From: Chitinivibrionales bacterium
GTDB lineage: Bacteria > Fibrobacterota > Chitinivibrionia > Chitinivibrionales > WJKA01
Direction of reading: 5' to 3'
Length of the DNA: 64,000 nucleotides
Assembly (NCBI GenBank): GCA_038247415.1
Contig: JBBRUX010000020.1
Span: 1-64,000 of the forward strand
How positions within the stretch are numbered: the first letter of the stretch is position 1; every line of letters begins with the position of its first letter. The translations under genes and the position numbers were made by a program. Of the stretch, positions 17,958 through 28,176 are shown piece by piece. Under the pieces are notes generated by a model. The model made no database searches and was not told where the DNA came from. It saw only the letters and a list, made by a program, of their open reading frames with translations.

Positions 17958-20264
17958 TTAAAAGGGATAGCCGAGGGCAATGTTGATAATAAGATTGTCT
18001 TGGCGCCATGTATTCTGGCCCACATTGATTGCAGATAAAACCCAGCGCTCATGTTCATTAAGCCATGGTTTGCGCAAGGGTATTGCTAGATCGCATCGCA
18101 GTATAAAGAACGAAGCATCGATGCGCAGACCTATTCCCGTTCCTACGCCCAGTTCCTTATAAAAACTTCCGACCGAAAAGGGCTCTGTTCCCAAGAGTGT
18201 GTCTTGGCTATACTGCCAATTATTTCCTGCATCTACAAATACCGCTCCTTTTAAAATGCTCACAATATTAAATCTATACTCTGCATTTGCCTCAAGTTTT
18301 ATATCGCCTCCAACTTCCAGGAAGGGCGAACCACTGCTCCTGTTGTTTTGGGATGTTCCTGGTCCAAGGGTGTTGGTTGGAAAAGCTCTGACACTCGATG
18401 CCCCGCCGCTAAAGAATTGCCGAATATAAGGAAGTGTGGAAGAATTCCCATACGGTTTACCAACTCCTGTGTAGAGCCGCAATGCTAATATGCTTTTGTC
18501 AGGAAAATTGACATAGTCGCGAGCATCAAACGTTACCCTGACAAACTGCGAATACCGTAGGCCGGCAATGTTTTGCGGACTACTTGTCAAACCACTTTTC
18601 CCTGTAAATATTTTTTGCCCTAGCCACAATGCGTTTCCAGCAGATTCTCCGGTGAGTTTAATGTAGAATTGGTTTTTTTTGTCGGGTGTAACCTGTTCAT
18701 TATAGGTAAAAGAATAGAGGGCTCCGGCAATGAATTGCTCTTGATAGCTCGATTTCAAAAAGGGAATTGAATCCAATCGGTTGGTAAACGAGTTTGATGG
18801 ATTGGAAATTGCCGTTATAGTAACATTAGCAGGATTAAGCTCATGCTCCTTTCGTATATCCTCTTTCCATGTGTACCCGTAGGTAAGCTGGAACGTTTTA
18901 AGGTCGAAGAAATTTATACGTCGAGTAAAGCTATACCCAACAGCAAATTTAGTTTTTGGAATAAAAAAGCCCGAGGGTTGCAGTGCGCTGAAGGGAACCA
19001 ACAACCACGGAAAGTCAAGTTCCACATGCGGATCGATTTCAAAGGAATAGAGGTTGTTATATGCGCGTATAAATTTAGTCTCTATGGAACTGTTCAGACT
19101 TACGTTGAGGAGCTCTCCACCTCCAAAGGCACTCTTTTCTTGGTATCCCACATTGAGTCGTGGCCCCATGAAATCGTTAGATTTATTGACAAACATTAAC
19201 TCTGAGCTGAACATGCGTTTCGCCGCGGGGGTGAGCAGTATGCGGGCATCCAGAATGCTTGTACCACTTGTGGGGCCTTCTGTGAATGTGATCTCGGCAT
19301 ATTTGAAATTTCCGTTTGTCATGAGCCTATTAAGCGTTATGGCCTGTTGCGTGCGCGAATAGAGATCGTCTTTCTTAATAAAAATGCTGCGTAGGATCGT
19401 TTTTGGGCCAATTTTAGGCGTTTTAATGAATACAACGCTGTCAACAATTGAGGTGTTGCCTCCTGCCTGGGTTGAATCGGGTTGTGACGTATAGTTCGGG
19501 TCAATATACACAGTACCAATTCGGTAGGGCGTCAAAGCTTTGGCAGGGGAGTGCTCTTTGAGGCACACTTCAAGGTCGATAGTTTTTTCTTGTTCGAGTA
19601 CCACCGTTTTAACTAATATGTAATCGGTGCTAAAATAGAAGTAGCCTCGATCCTTGAGAACCGCTTCAATTCGTTCGCGTTCTTTTTTGATTGTCTCCAG
19701 AGAATAGGTGTCGCCGGGTTTAAGCAGAGAGCTCGTGCGTGAAGAATCTATACCTGCTTGTAATAAGGTGTCGGGTAGATTGAAAACAATCTCACGAATT
19801 GTATATGGCGAATGCACATCGCAGGTATACTGCGCGCGAGCGGTCTTTTTTTGTTCTTGTACGGTGTGCGAGGTTACGCTTTTGAAATAGCCGATATTGT
19901 AAAGATCTGTATCGATTTGCCGCTCTGTCTTGTCAAAATCTACCGTGCTCACAAGAACGGGGGGTTCGCCAAGAGTAGTACGTATCCATGCGCCAAATCG
20001 TGTTTTTGTCGAATCTCCCACTATCGAGTAAAGCCATAGTTTAGGTCTCATCCATAAAAAAACATAATTGGGTTTGGGTTGCAATGATAACCGAGCCGTT
20101 TTCAAAACAATCTTTTTGTCGGTTTTTGTGCTCGATGCTTTAATCTGTATGGAGGCGCCAGTATACAGTTTTTCACCAGCAGGAACAAAGCGGATTGCCG
20201 TGCATGAGATAAGCAGCAAAAGAGCCGACACCAGTAAGCTTGTGAATACTTTTTTAATGTTCAT
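17958..20264 (-). CDS. Omp85/TamA-family outer membrane protein, lipoprotein (TamL-like)
   Basis: LLISC lipobox, POTRA-like region, FFSGGASSVRAF, AVFVDAGN.W, C-terminal ALGYPF. Confidence 0.88.
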   Translation of the reverse strand: MNIKKVFTSLLVSALLLLISCTAIRFVPAGEKLYTGASIQIKASSTKTDKKIVLKTARLSLQPKPNYVFLWMRPKLWLYSIVGDSTKTRFGAWIRTTLGEPPVLVSTVDFDKTERQIDTDLYNIGYFKSVTSHTVQEQKKTARAQYTCDVHSPYTIREIVFNLPDTLLQAGIDSSRTSSLLKPGDTYSLETIKKERERIEAVLKDRGYFYFSTDYILVKTVVLEQEKTIDLEVCLKEHSPAKALTPYRIGTVYIDPNYTSQPDSTQAGGNTSIVDSVVFIKTPKIGPKTILRSIFIKKDDLYSRTQQAITLNRLMTNGNFKYAEITFTEGPTSGTSILDARILLTPAAKRMFSSELMFVNKSNDFMGPRLNVGYQEKSAFGGGELLNVSLNSSIETKFIRAYNNLYSFEIDPHVELDFPWLLVPFSALQPSGFFIPKTKFAVGYSFTRRINFFDLKTFQLTYGYTWKEDIRKEHELNPANVTITAISNPSNSFTNRLDSIPFLKSSYQEQFIAGALYSFTYNEQVTPDKKNQFYIKLTGESAGNALWLGQKIFTGKSGLTSSPQNIAGLRYSQFVRVTFDARDYVNFPDKSILALRLYTGVGKPYGNSSTLPYIRQFFSGGASSVRAFPTNTLGPGTSQNNRSSGSPFLEVGGDIKLEANAEYRFNIVSILKGAVFVDAGNNWQYSQDTLLGTEPFSVGSFYKELGVGTGIGLRIDASFFILRCDLAIPLRKPWLNEHERWVLSAINVGQNTWRQDNLIINIALGYPF

Positions 20265-23200
20265 TTTTCTTCTTATCTGCTTTTATTGGGCGCACAAATA
20301 ATTCTTTCCACCAATCAAAAATTCTGGTAAAAGATATGCCGATGCCTGTCTCAACAAGTTGCCCTTCCAGAGGATCTGCATACACATTCTTGCGAAAACC
20401 CTTGAGGCGAAAGGGGCCATCATCTGTCAATTTATACTCTACAATAACATCGCCGATAATTGAGCTTGCAGAATTCTTTTCGGCGCGTGCACCCTCCACA
20501 TCGATAGCGCCACCACCTCGTATGCTCAGCCGATCGTTGAACAGTTGTTTGCGCACGCCAATTTCAACTTGTGTTCTTCCCGATGCTTTCCCCGATGTAA
20601 AATCATCGTAGGATTGGACCCCCATATCAAGTTCTATACCCGGGATCAATCGTGCTCCCCATTGGTTCAATTGTCCCGTTAAGAGGGCGCTCACACTACC
20701 GCGAGCGACGCTTGAAAGTGCACTGCTTTCGTTTGACGACTCAAGAGGATTCTCTTGCATGAATCTTCCTAATACAAGAAGCGAAAAAACTTGTTTGTCG
20801 AGCAACGAAGGATCAGCGTTCAGTTGCATGAGTTTTGCATTAACCGACCCGCCCAAAACTCCCTTGTCTTCTGGCAAAAGTTGCAATTCATAAGAAATTA
20901 CGGGCTTGAGCAAAGCTCCTTTGAGTCTGAGTATGACAAGAAATGTCAAGCGCTGCCGATAGGCATTTTTGTTTGCTTCATCTATGCCAGAAATCTGGTT
21001 GGCAACCAGATCAATGGGAGATGTGATAATTTCACACACTGCTTTTATGTCAATTTCTCCAGCGGCTGGATCTCCATTAAAGATTATTGTGCCGCCGTGC
21101 TCTATCTTGAATTTTCTCTTGATAACCGACTGAAATGAAACCAGGTAATTGCCATCCGAAATGGTATAGAGCCCCGATAGATTGGCGCTGCCGCCCGGAT
21201 TCATGCTAAAATGAAGTTTCCCAACTCCTCTAATATCAAGAGAGTCGTTGGATGTTTGGTCAACCAGCAATCGGAGGGTGGCTTTTTCATCGATCTCAAC
21301 ATCCGCGCTTATAGAAAGTTTAGTCGTTTGATTCGTTGGTTTTTTGAGGTCTGTTTGGGGCCCGTGCAAAGCCGTAGAATCGAGCGAGTCGATGAACAAG
21401 ACGACACCCTCGCCCTTGTCGGCAGTTACAAAGTTTTTTGGAATTGCAAATGTCATATGAGAACCATTTCTCAATTTCAATTGAGACTCAATAACTGGTT
21501 CTGTGTTTGAGCCCGAAATATTCAGCTTGCCTTTCAAAATCATGGTGCCAAAAAGCATGTCATTATCTTTTTGCGAGGTGTTAAGAACCAAAAAGTCATC
21601 GGCGATAATCTTGAGGTCATAGACCAGGTCTGTGAGTTGTTTTGTGGTAATGGACCCACTGCAGTGCATAGTTTGATTATTGGAGTCTCTTACGGTCAAT
21701 TGATTGAAGTAAATCCCTGTATGTTTTACTTCTATTGTTTCATTCTGCAAGTGTAGCGTGCTGTTTATGCCCGCGGGATTGAGAAATACGTCAACAAACG
21801 ACAATGAACCGTTGAGGCTAGGTTTTTTGGAATCTCCCTGAATCGTAAATGATCCGCGTATCAACCCGCTTCCTTGTGTGAAGGTGCCCATTGATAATGC
21901 TTCAATTGTTTTCATAGATACGGAGTGTATATCAACACGAGCATTAAGCTTCGTATCTGTTGTTTGGGGGGTAAAGATTCCGGTTGCAGTGATGTTATTT
22001 TCCGCACCAATAAGTTTTGCATCCATTGAAATCGCACCCGTCAGGGAGCTTACTGCTTTTATCGAAAGTGTTCCAATGTTTATTTTTTTGATGGCAACCT
22101 CTTGTAATGACACATCTGCATTCAGGCCGTATCCCGTATTGATCTTTGTAAGTTGCGCATGTGCGTTAAGACGTCCTGCGATTAAGGTTGTATCCGCTAC
22201 TATGATCCGTGAAACCGTATTCATGTCCAAGCCATCAATTTTGATGTTAAATCCGTTGACGTTGGCATCGTGAAGCGAGCCAACTTCAATTGTGCCCGAG
22301 GCACTGTGCAGTATCAAATCGTTGATTGCCACTCCGTTTGTGCCGATATCGACAAAATTATTGGGTGATATTGACCATTCGTGGTTGGCCAGCACCATAG
22401 TTGGTGCTGCGAGGGATATCCGATAGGTACTATCGCGTTGTTCACCTCGCACGTTTGCGACTATCCTGCGAAATCCGGTATCGTCAATAGCCGAAAGAGA
22501 TAACGAAGCTGCCTGTCCCTGCACGTGACCATTGGCCGATACATTATTAAGGACCAATGATCCATTGGAAATATGTCTGGACGTTAGTTCAAAATCACCT
22601 TTATTTCCGTCAAGATTTATGTTTACATTTGCATCTGCTATACTTATTCCAGAATAGTTAATTTCAGGGAATGCCCCTTGTACCTGCAGTCGATGGGACT
22701 CGAGATCAAAACTTCCCGATAGCCAGCATGGTGCATATCCGGTGAGTTGGGGCACAAATACACCCGACAGAATCGGATCCTTATGAATCTGGATGCCAAA
22801 AGAAAAAGTACGTTGTTCGCTTTGTGCTGTGGGCTTTAGTACTTTGGTTTGAGAAGGCAGGTACTGAGCTAAAAGCGTTTGCATTTCACCTGCAATGGCG
22901 GTAGGAGGAATTGTCCCGTTATACTGAATATCAATTATGTTGCTGTGGAGGTTGATGCTACTTATGCCTTGTGCATAACGAGAAGTGCAGAGTACCGAAT
23001 CCAAACGATATTCTATGCCTTTTTTAACAACAATCCCATCAGTGAGTAAAGCCGATCCTGTAATCGAAGCGATATCTTTCCCGCGAGCATCAACAACGGT
23101 TTTTGCCGATACTTGAATATCTTCTTGCATGATATGGGTTCTTTTAAGGTCAATATTTTTAATGTCAAGCAAAAAGTCGTAGTGCTCCTTTTTCGGTCTG

Positions 23201-25005
23201 AGATCAACGAGCCCGTCAAAATTAAGGGTAGCATTGGAATCATTTAAAGAAATTTTTCCGTCGTAACTCATGCTGGCAATTACGCCATCAACATATAATG
23301 AATGATAGAGGTATCTGTTAAAGTAGACAGACGACACAGAGACCGCTAATTGTGCCCGAATACTATCTTTGTCAACGCCCTTCCCTTGTATCCTCGCTGC
23401 CATGGTGATGGGACCAAACAGTGCGGTATCTTTAAGAAGCTGGCCGACATTAAAATTCATGACAGTAAGGGAACAATTATATATGTTACCGGGGGCCATC
23501 TCCCCCTGTGCAAAAAGAGAACCATAGCTTGTTGTGAGTGCACATGAGGCCTTGAATTCCCGCACCGAGCCGTTGCCATGTGCGTTCAATTCTATCTGCT
23601 GGGGAAGTGAAATAGCGTCGGTAAAAATCTGCTTCCCAAAAAGATTTATAAGATCGGTTCTCCCAGTTGTCAGTTTAAAACGCGGAACGCTGAAACTAAG
23701 ATTGTTGGCATCGGGGAGCCCGCGTAATGTGCAGTCGGTCAAAAGAGAAGTCTTGTTTCCAAGAGTTAATTCAATTTTGTCAGCTTTAAGATCGCCAAGC
23801 AATCCCGTAATTGTTCCGGCAGCAGTTATTGTAGAAATGGGCCCATGAAAGATCGGTTGTGAAGCAAGTTGCGGAATAAAATAGAGAATATCTTTGACCC
23901 CAATACTAGCTTTGATAATTTTAGCAGACACATACATTTTTCCCAGTGAATCAGCGATGGATGCTAGCGTTGGAAATTTAATTTCGCTGGAGCACTTGAT
24001 TGTCGAGAGTTGTGTGCGCACAGTAAGATTTGTTGCGCTAATCCTATGGTCACTCATTTCGAAATCGGTAGACAAGTTCGACAGATAGAACCGATTTGAA
24101 TCCCGGGCGCTGATGTTTTTGACGGTTGCTCGTATGAGAGCGGGGGAGTAAAATGCTGATCGAGCACTTACCCCAATGCCTGTGAACCGGATTCGTGCTG
24201 CATCGAAACCAGCAGTGTCTTTTTTTTGGGGATCCTTGAGCAGAGTCGAATCTTCATAGGCAAAAGAGCAGTTTGAGAGTTCAAAGTTTTTGGCACTTAT
24301 TTGTAAATCAGGCGGAGCAGGTTCCGGGCTCATTGTTTTCTGCTTCTTATTCAGGGTAACCTTGCCCACAAGGCCATCAATTGCAGCGGTATGCAAGTTG
24401 AACTGAAGTTTAGGAAGGTCCATTTTTTTAACATTCACATGAAGTTTATGTAAATTGGCATCAACAATAATGCCTGCAAAATGGTCATCAAACTTAAATC
24501 GAATGTCTTTGAGGTCGATATTGTCAATGCGTAGCGCCAGACCTGCTTGTGTCTTTGGTTTTTTTGGGAGGGTATCGGCAAGTGCAGCGATCAGAAATTG
24601 GAAGTTATAGAGGCTATCTGCGTTTGTCCGAGAAATGACCCCTATTGCGTCTGTCAAACGCAATGAACTAATGTGAATTTTTCCTGTGATAAGGCCACGA
24701 AGATCGACGGTTACAAAAACTTTACCCGCGCACACCAACGTGTCATGCAGTGGGCCTTGTACACACAAACCGTTTATATACACCGATGAAGGGAATGCAA
24801 TACCCATTCCTGCGATCGATACATACGCGTTGGTTTTTTGGGTAGCGAACGATGTAGCTTTGAGAATGATAAATCGTTGAACGAATGGGATTTGCGTAAG
24901 GGCCGAAAGAAGAACCAGGATCGCTATAATAATTCCTATCGACCATGCAGCTATACGCGCCATCTTTTTAGTTGCATGCACTGCATTCATTTTAGTTTGT
25001 GGCAT
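20254..25005 (-). CDS. tamB: TamB/DUF490 translocation and assembly module protein
   Basis: About 1580 aa, N-terminal TM, C-terminal KQVFSLLVLGRF and KQLFNDRL; overlaps the Omp85 gene; exact start uncertain. Confidence 0.85.
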   Translation of the reverse strand: MPQTKMNAVHATKKMARIAAWSIGIIIAILVLLSALTQIPFVQRFIILKATSFATQKTNAYVSIAGMGIAFPSSVYINGLCVQGPLHDTLVCAGKVFVTVDLRGLITGKIHISSLRLTDAIGVISRTNADSLYNFQFLIAALADTLPKKPKTQAGLALRIDNIDLKDIRFKFDDHFAGIIVDANLHKLHVNVKKMDLPKLQFNLHTAAIDGLVGKVTLNKKQKTMSPEPAPPDLQISAKNFELSNCSFAYEDSTLLKDPQKKDTAGFDAARIRFTGIGVSARSAFYSPALIRATVKNISARDSNRFYLSNLSTDFEMSDHRISATNLTVRTQLSTIKCSSEIKFPTLASIADSLGKMYVSAKIIKASIGVKDILYFIPQLASQPIFHGPISTITAAGTITGLLGDLKADKIELTLGNKTSLLTDCTLRGLPDANNLSFSVPRFKLTTGRTDLINLFGKQIFTDAISLPQQIELNAHGNGSVREFKASCALTTSYGSLFAQGEMAPGNIYNCSLTVMNFNVGQLLKDTALFGPITMAARIQGKGVDKDSIRAQLAVSVSSVYFNRYLYHSLYVDGVIASMSYDGKISLNDSNATLNFDGLVDLRPKKEHYDFLLDIKNIDLKRTHIMQEDIQVSAKTVVDARGKDIASITGSALLTDGIVVKKGIEYRLDSVLCTSRYAQGISSINLHSNIIDIQYNGTIPPTAIAGEMQTLLAQYLPSQTKVLKPTAQSEQRTFSFGIQIHKDPILSGVFVPQLTGYAPCWLSGSFDLESHRLQVQGAFPEINYSGISIADANVNINLDGNKGDFELTSRHISNGSLVLNNVSANGHVQGQAASLSLSAIDDTGFRRIVANVRGEQRDSTYRISLAAPTMVLANHEWSISPNNFVDIGTNGVAINDLILHSASGTIEVGSLHDANVNGFNIKIDGLDMNTVSRIIVADTTLIAGRLNAHAQLTKINTGYGLNADVSLQEVAIKKINIGTLSIKAVSSLTGAISMDAKLIGAENNITATGIFTPQTTDTKLNARVDIHSVSMKTIEALSMGTFTQGSGLIRGSFTIQGDSKKPSLNGSLSFVDVFLNPAGINSTLHLQNETIEVKHTGIYFNQLTVRDSNNQTMHCSGSITTKQLTDLVYDLKIIADDFLVLNTSQKDNDMLFGTMILKGKLNISGSNTEPVIESQLKLRNGSHMTFAIPKNFVTADKGEGVVLFIDSLDSTALHGPQTDLKKPTNQTTKLSISADVEIDEKATLRLLVDQTSNDSLDIRGVGKLHFSMNPGGSANLSGLYTISDGNYLVSFQSVIKRKFKIEHGGTIIFNGDPAAGEIDIKAVCEIITSPIDLVANQISGIDEANKNAYRQRLTFLVILRLKGALLKPVISYELQLLPEDKGVLGGSVNAKLMQLNADPSLLDKQVFSLLVLGRFMQENPLESSNESSALSSVARGSVSALLTGQLNQWGARLIPGIELDMGVQSYDDFTSGKASGRTQVEIGVRKQLFNDRLSIRGGGAIDVEGARAEKNSASSIIGDVIVEYKLTDDGPFRLKGFRKNVYADPLEGQLVETGIGISFTRIFDWWKELFVRPIKADKKKNEH

Positions 25006-25063
25006 GAGTTGGTTTCCAATTGCAAGAAAATAAATTCTGCAATCAGAAACCACCTCATAGAAA

Positions 25064-26701
25064 CTATTTTTGTGTATACATCATGAGTGCATCCTTATTC
25101 GTCACCCGTAACTCGACTCTACGGTTTGACAATCTGCCATCGGCGGTAGTATTTTCGGCTTTGGGCATACTCATACCATACCCACGTGAACTGAGTGTTG
25201 CGTTCAAAGCGGGAGAAACACCAATTAAATACATGCGAACCGATTCTGCTCGTCCTTGGCTAAGATTGAGGTTGTACTCTGCGGCACCGATATTGTCGGT
25301 GTGTCCACCGATCTCAATCTGCAGCTTGGGATACTTTATAAGCATCGCTGCGATGATGTTGAGATAGGGTTTCGAATTGATAGATATTATGGTTTTTCCG
25401 CTTTCAAAGTACACTGCGTCAAGGAGAAGCTCCCCGGTTGACAAAAGTTTTTTCTCTGCTTCAGAACGCTTTTCTTTCTCTAGGGCAAGATCTTTTGCAG
25501 ATTGAATAAGTGCCAGCGAATCGGCTGTTGCTTTTGTTGCCATTAAGTTAGCAGAGGCTTGGTTTGCCAATGCGTCGTTATTAGCTTGCGTTTGCATCGA
25601 ATCCATTTGCTCACGCGAGGCTTGTTTTTGGTTGGCAAGCTCAATAGAGTCTTCGATAGAGTTCTTGGTAAGAGAACGGACTTCGTTAGCCGATTTCGCA
25701 GCTTTAGCTTCCAGGTTCGCTTTCTCTTGCGCCGCTTTTTGTTTTTGAGCAAGCGCCTCGGCTCTTTTGCCTGCGAGCATATCAAAGGAGAATGCAAGTG
25801 CAACAAAGACACGATAAGGTTCAAGTGCACGTGGACTAATGCCAGAACGGTCGGCCGATAGTGAAACATCTGCGCCTACGGTAACATTCATCTCATAAGG
25901 AGTACGTACGCGGAGTGTTGGGGTGACCCAAAGTGGATCCGTTCCAAAAGCCATATCTTTGAATTGAGTGCGAGAATTTAGTTCTGTGCCAAGGACAATT
26001 GCGCCCAAGTTAGCCTGTAAACCAGTTCCAAGCAAGAGCACGGATGGGTTGTCTTTACTGATGCTGAGAACACCGGCTTCATTAAGATGGGCTTTAAAAC
26101 CCCAATCTTCATTGCCTGCCTGCAGTGTTTGCATAAGTTTGCCAACAAAATCAAAGCTGTTACGTGTTTCGAAGTAGTTGTAACCATCGGCTCGATAGAT
26201 GTTGATCTGATTTTGTGAAGTACCGCCTATAATGGCCAATTGGCCACCCATACGAATGGGAGCATACCGTGGGAATGGTACAGATCCTTGTACACCAGCA
26301 CGAATGGATCCCACACCCGAACTCTGCATATCTTTGTCGTAATTACTGATTCCGTATCCGGAAACAGAGGCAAAAAGATCGACAAATGGGTTTACTCCGT
26401 AGGAAAATGCGCCTGTACCTACAAAGATATTAGCACCGGCGTTTGGTGTCTGAAGATAGGTGTTTTGCTGATGATACCATGGTGCAAAAAAGCCGAAGGT
26501 TATTCGCCCCTCGCCCATGGATTCCGCCGACCCTATCGTGCTTAAACCACGCAATGCTTCTCCATTGACAACTGGTGAGTATACAGGAGGAACAACACTT
26601 GCGGAATCTGCCTTGGGTTGATTAATTGCCCCAAATAAGCACACTGAGAAAAAGAGGGCCCCTTTACTTATTCGAGATAACATTGGTTTTGACTGGAACA
26701 T
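25064..26701 (-). CDS. OmpA-family protein (beta-rich N-terminus, coiled-coil linker, peptidoglycan-binding domain)
   Basis: IGGHTDNIG..YN..LSQ.RA.SV, GYG, NRRVE. Confidence 0.9.
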   Translation of the reverse strand: MFQSKPMLSRISKGALFFSVCLFGAINQPKADSASVVPPVYSPVVNGEALRGLSTIGSAESMGEGRITFGFFAPWYHQQNTYLQTPNAGANIFVGTGAFSYGVNPFVDLFASVSGYGISNYDKDMQSSGVGSIRAGVQGSVPFPRYAPIRMGGQLAIIGGTSQNQINIYRADGYNYFETRNSFDFVGKLMQTLQAGNEDWGFKAHLNEAGVLSISKDNPSVLLLGTGLQANLGAIVLGTELNSRTQFKDMAFGTDPLWVTPTLRVRTPYEMNVTVGADVSLSADRSGISPRALEPYRVFVALAFSFDMLAGKRAEALAQKQKAAQEKANLEAKAAKSANEVRSLTKNSIEDSIELANQKQASREQMDSMQTQANNDALANQASANLMATKATADSLALIQSAKDLALEKEKRSEAEKKLLSTGELLLDAVYFESGKTIISINSKPYLNIIAAMLIKYPKLQIEIGGHTDNIGAAEYNLNLSQGRAESVRMYLIGVSPALNATLSSRGYGMSMPKAENTTADGRLSNRRVELRVTNKDALMMYTQK

Positions 26702-26821
26702 ACATACTCCTTATGACTGTTTGTTTAAAAGCGGAAGCTGGTATCGAAAAAATGCCTATTGAACTTTGACTTTCATCTGGCCTCGCAGGTTTTAAGTGCG
26801 TTTGCTATCACTACACTATGA

Positions 26822-27583
26822 TTAACCGATTGTGAGTTCGTTTTTTAAGCTCTTTACTCCTTTGATATTATTAACAAGCTTGCCAACAAGATCTTTTTCG
26901 GCACTGTTCTTTACAACGCCGCGAACAGTTACAAGCCCATCTTTTGTCTCAACCTTGGTGGTCAGCATGTTGGTTGAGCGGTGAAACAGAAGTGCCATTT
27001 TCACCTGAGCTGTGATAGAGGCATCGTCCATATACTCACCTACTTTTTCCGCAGTGGTTGGCCCGGTTTTGCGGATAGTCATGAGGTTTCTGACATCCTT
27101 GACACCTACCACATCTTTAACGTACTCGGTGGTTAGTTCCTTCTGCGCTTCGCTTGTCGCTTCTCCGCGCAAGGTGGCAATACCATCCGACACCACAACG
27201 TCAGTCTTTAAACTGCTTATATTGCGGCCAAACAGAAGGCTAGTCTTTACTTTTGCAGCAATCCATCCGTCTGAGTTTTCTGGCGGAGATCCACCAAGAA
27301 TCACGAGATTGTTGTTCACATGCTTTACACCAGGAAGCCCTGATACGGTTGCTTCTGCAAGTGATAGGTGCGACCACTCAGACACTGTTCCTGTGAGCGT
27401 AACCACACTATCATTGGCTATTTGGAACTTGATGTCATCACTTTTAAGGTAGGTGACAAAGACATACGACTTCTTTGCCGATGCTTCGGTTCGGTCGCTC
27501 ATCTGCGTTGCGAGCACAGTTCCACTAGCGCATAAAGCAACAACTGTAGCCATTACAAGACTATCATGGTAACGATTCTTCAT
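26822..27583 (-). CDS. Secreted triple BON-domain protein
   Basis: Signal peptide; three BON repeats (VTLTGTV, ATLRGEA, VTVRGVV; DASITAQVK); start at MKNRY after AAGGAGG. Confidence 0.9.
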   Translation of the reverse strand: MKNRYHDSLVMATVVALCASGTVLATQMSDRTEASAKKSYVFVTYLKSDDIKFQIANDSVVTLTGTVSEWSHLSLAEATVSGLPGVKHVNNNLVILGGSPPENSDGWIAAKVKTSLLFGRNISSLKTDVVVSDGIATLRGEATSEAQKELTTEYVKDVVGVKDVRNLMTIRKTGPTTAEKVGEYMDDASITAQVKMALLFHRSTNMLTTKVETKDGLVTVRGVVKNSAEKDLVGKLVNNIKGVKSLKNELTIG

Positions 27584-27669
27584 AGCAGGACCTCCTTCTG
27601 AAACAAAAAAACCATCCGGTCCCTGGTAATTCCTGGAATCGGTAGTATCGAGTCGGGATGTGAGTACTT

Positions 27670-27685
27670 TGCAAGAATGGTGCCA
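27670..27685 (-). promoter_or_regulatory. Sigma54 promoter upstream of BON-ompA-tamB-tamL
   Basis: TGGCACCATTCTTGCA, full consensus. Confidence 0.8.
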
Positions 27686-27863
27686 GTTATCTAAAAGGAT
27701 CAGGAAAGCCCCTTGCAAATAATTCTCCCGAGTCGCATCCAACGCGCGAATACATGGTTTTTAAAGAGAAAGAGGTGGTTTTTGCCTTTGGAATCTGCAA
27801 TAATGAGTGTCAAGTGCTCACAAATCTGATCCTCTCAAGACATGTCCAACACAAGAAATGGAA

Positions 27864-27900
27864 TTCCCGTTTTCGGGAAGCTTATTAGCGAAAATGGAAG
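27864..27900. promoter_or_regulatory. Candidate enhancer pair
   Basis: TTCCCGTTTTCGGGAA and TTAGCGAAAATGGAAG, 21-bp period. Confidence 0.55.
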
Positions 27901-28176
27901 AATTAGGATAAGGCCAAAAAGCGCCCAAAATTGTCCACTCAGTGTGGCTGATTGAATTGTGATAGGGTACTGATCGTATCGGATAATTTCATTTGTAAGG
28001 ATAATAGACAGATGATAGTTGCTCATTAATATTGACTTACCTAGAGCTCCTTTGTTCTTTCCCACATAAGGCTTGTTAATTCTTTGGTAGAAGAGCTCAC
28101 CACAACCTAGATTCATACAACATACGGCATAGGTCGGCTCGGCCCGGTTTTATATATTGTCAACAAGGATTGCGCT

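Noticed and set aside
27835..28116. 93-aa minus-strand ORF
   Set aside because: No motif or clear RBS, and it overlaps the candidate enhancer region.
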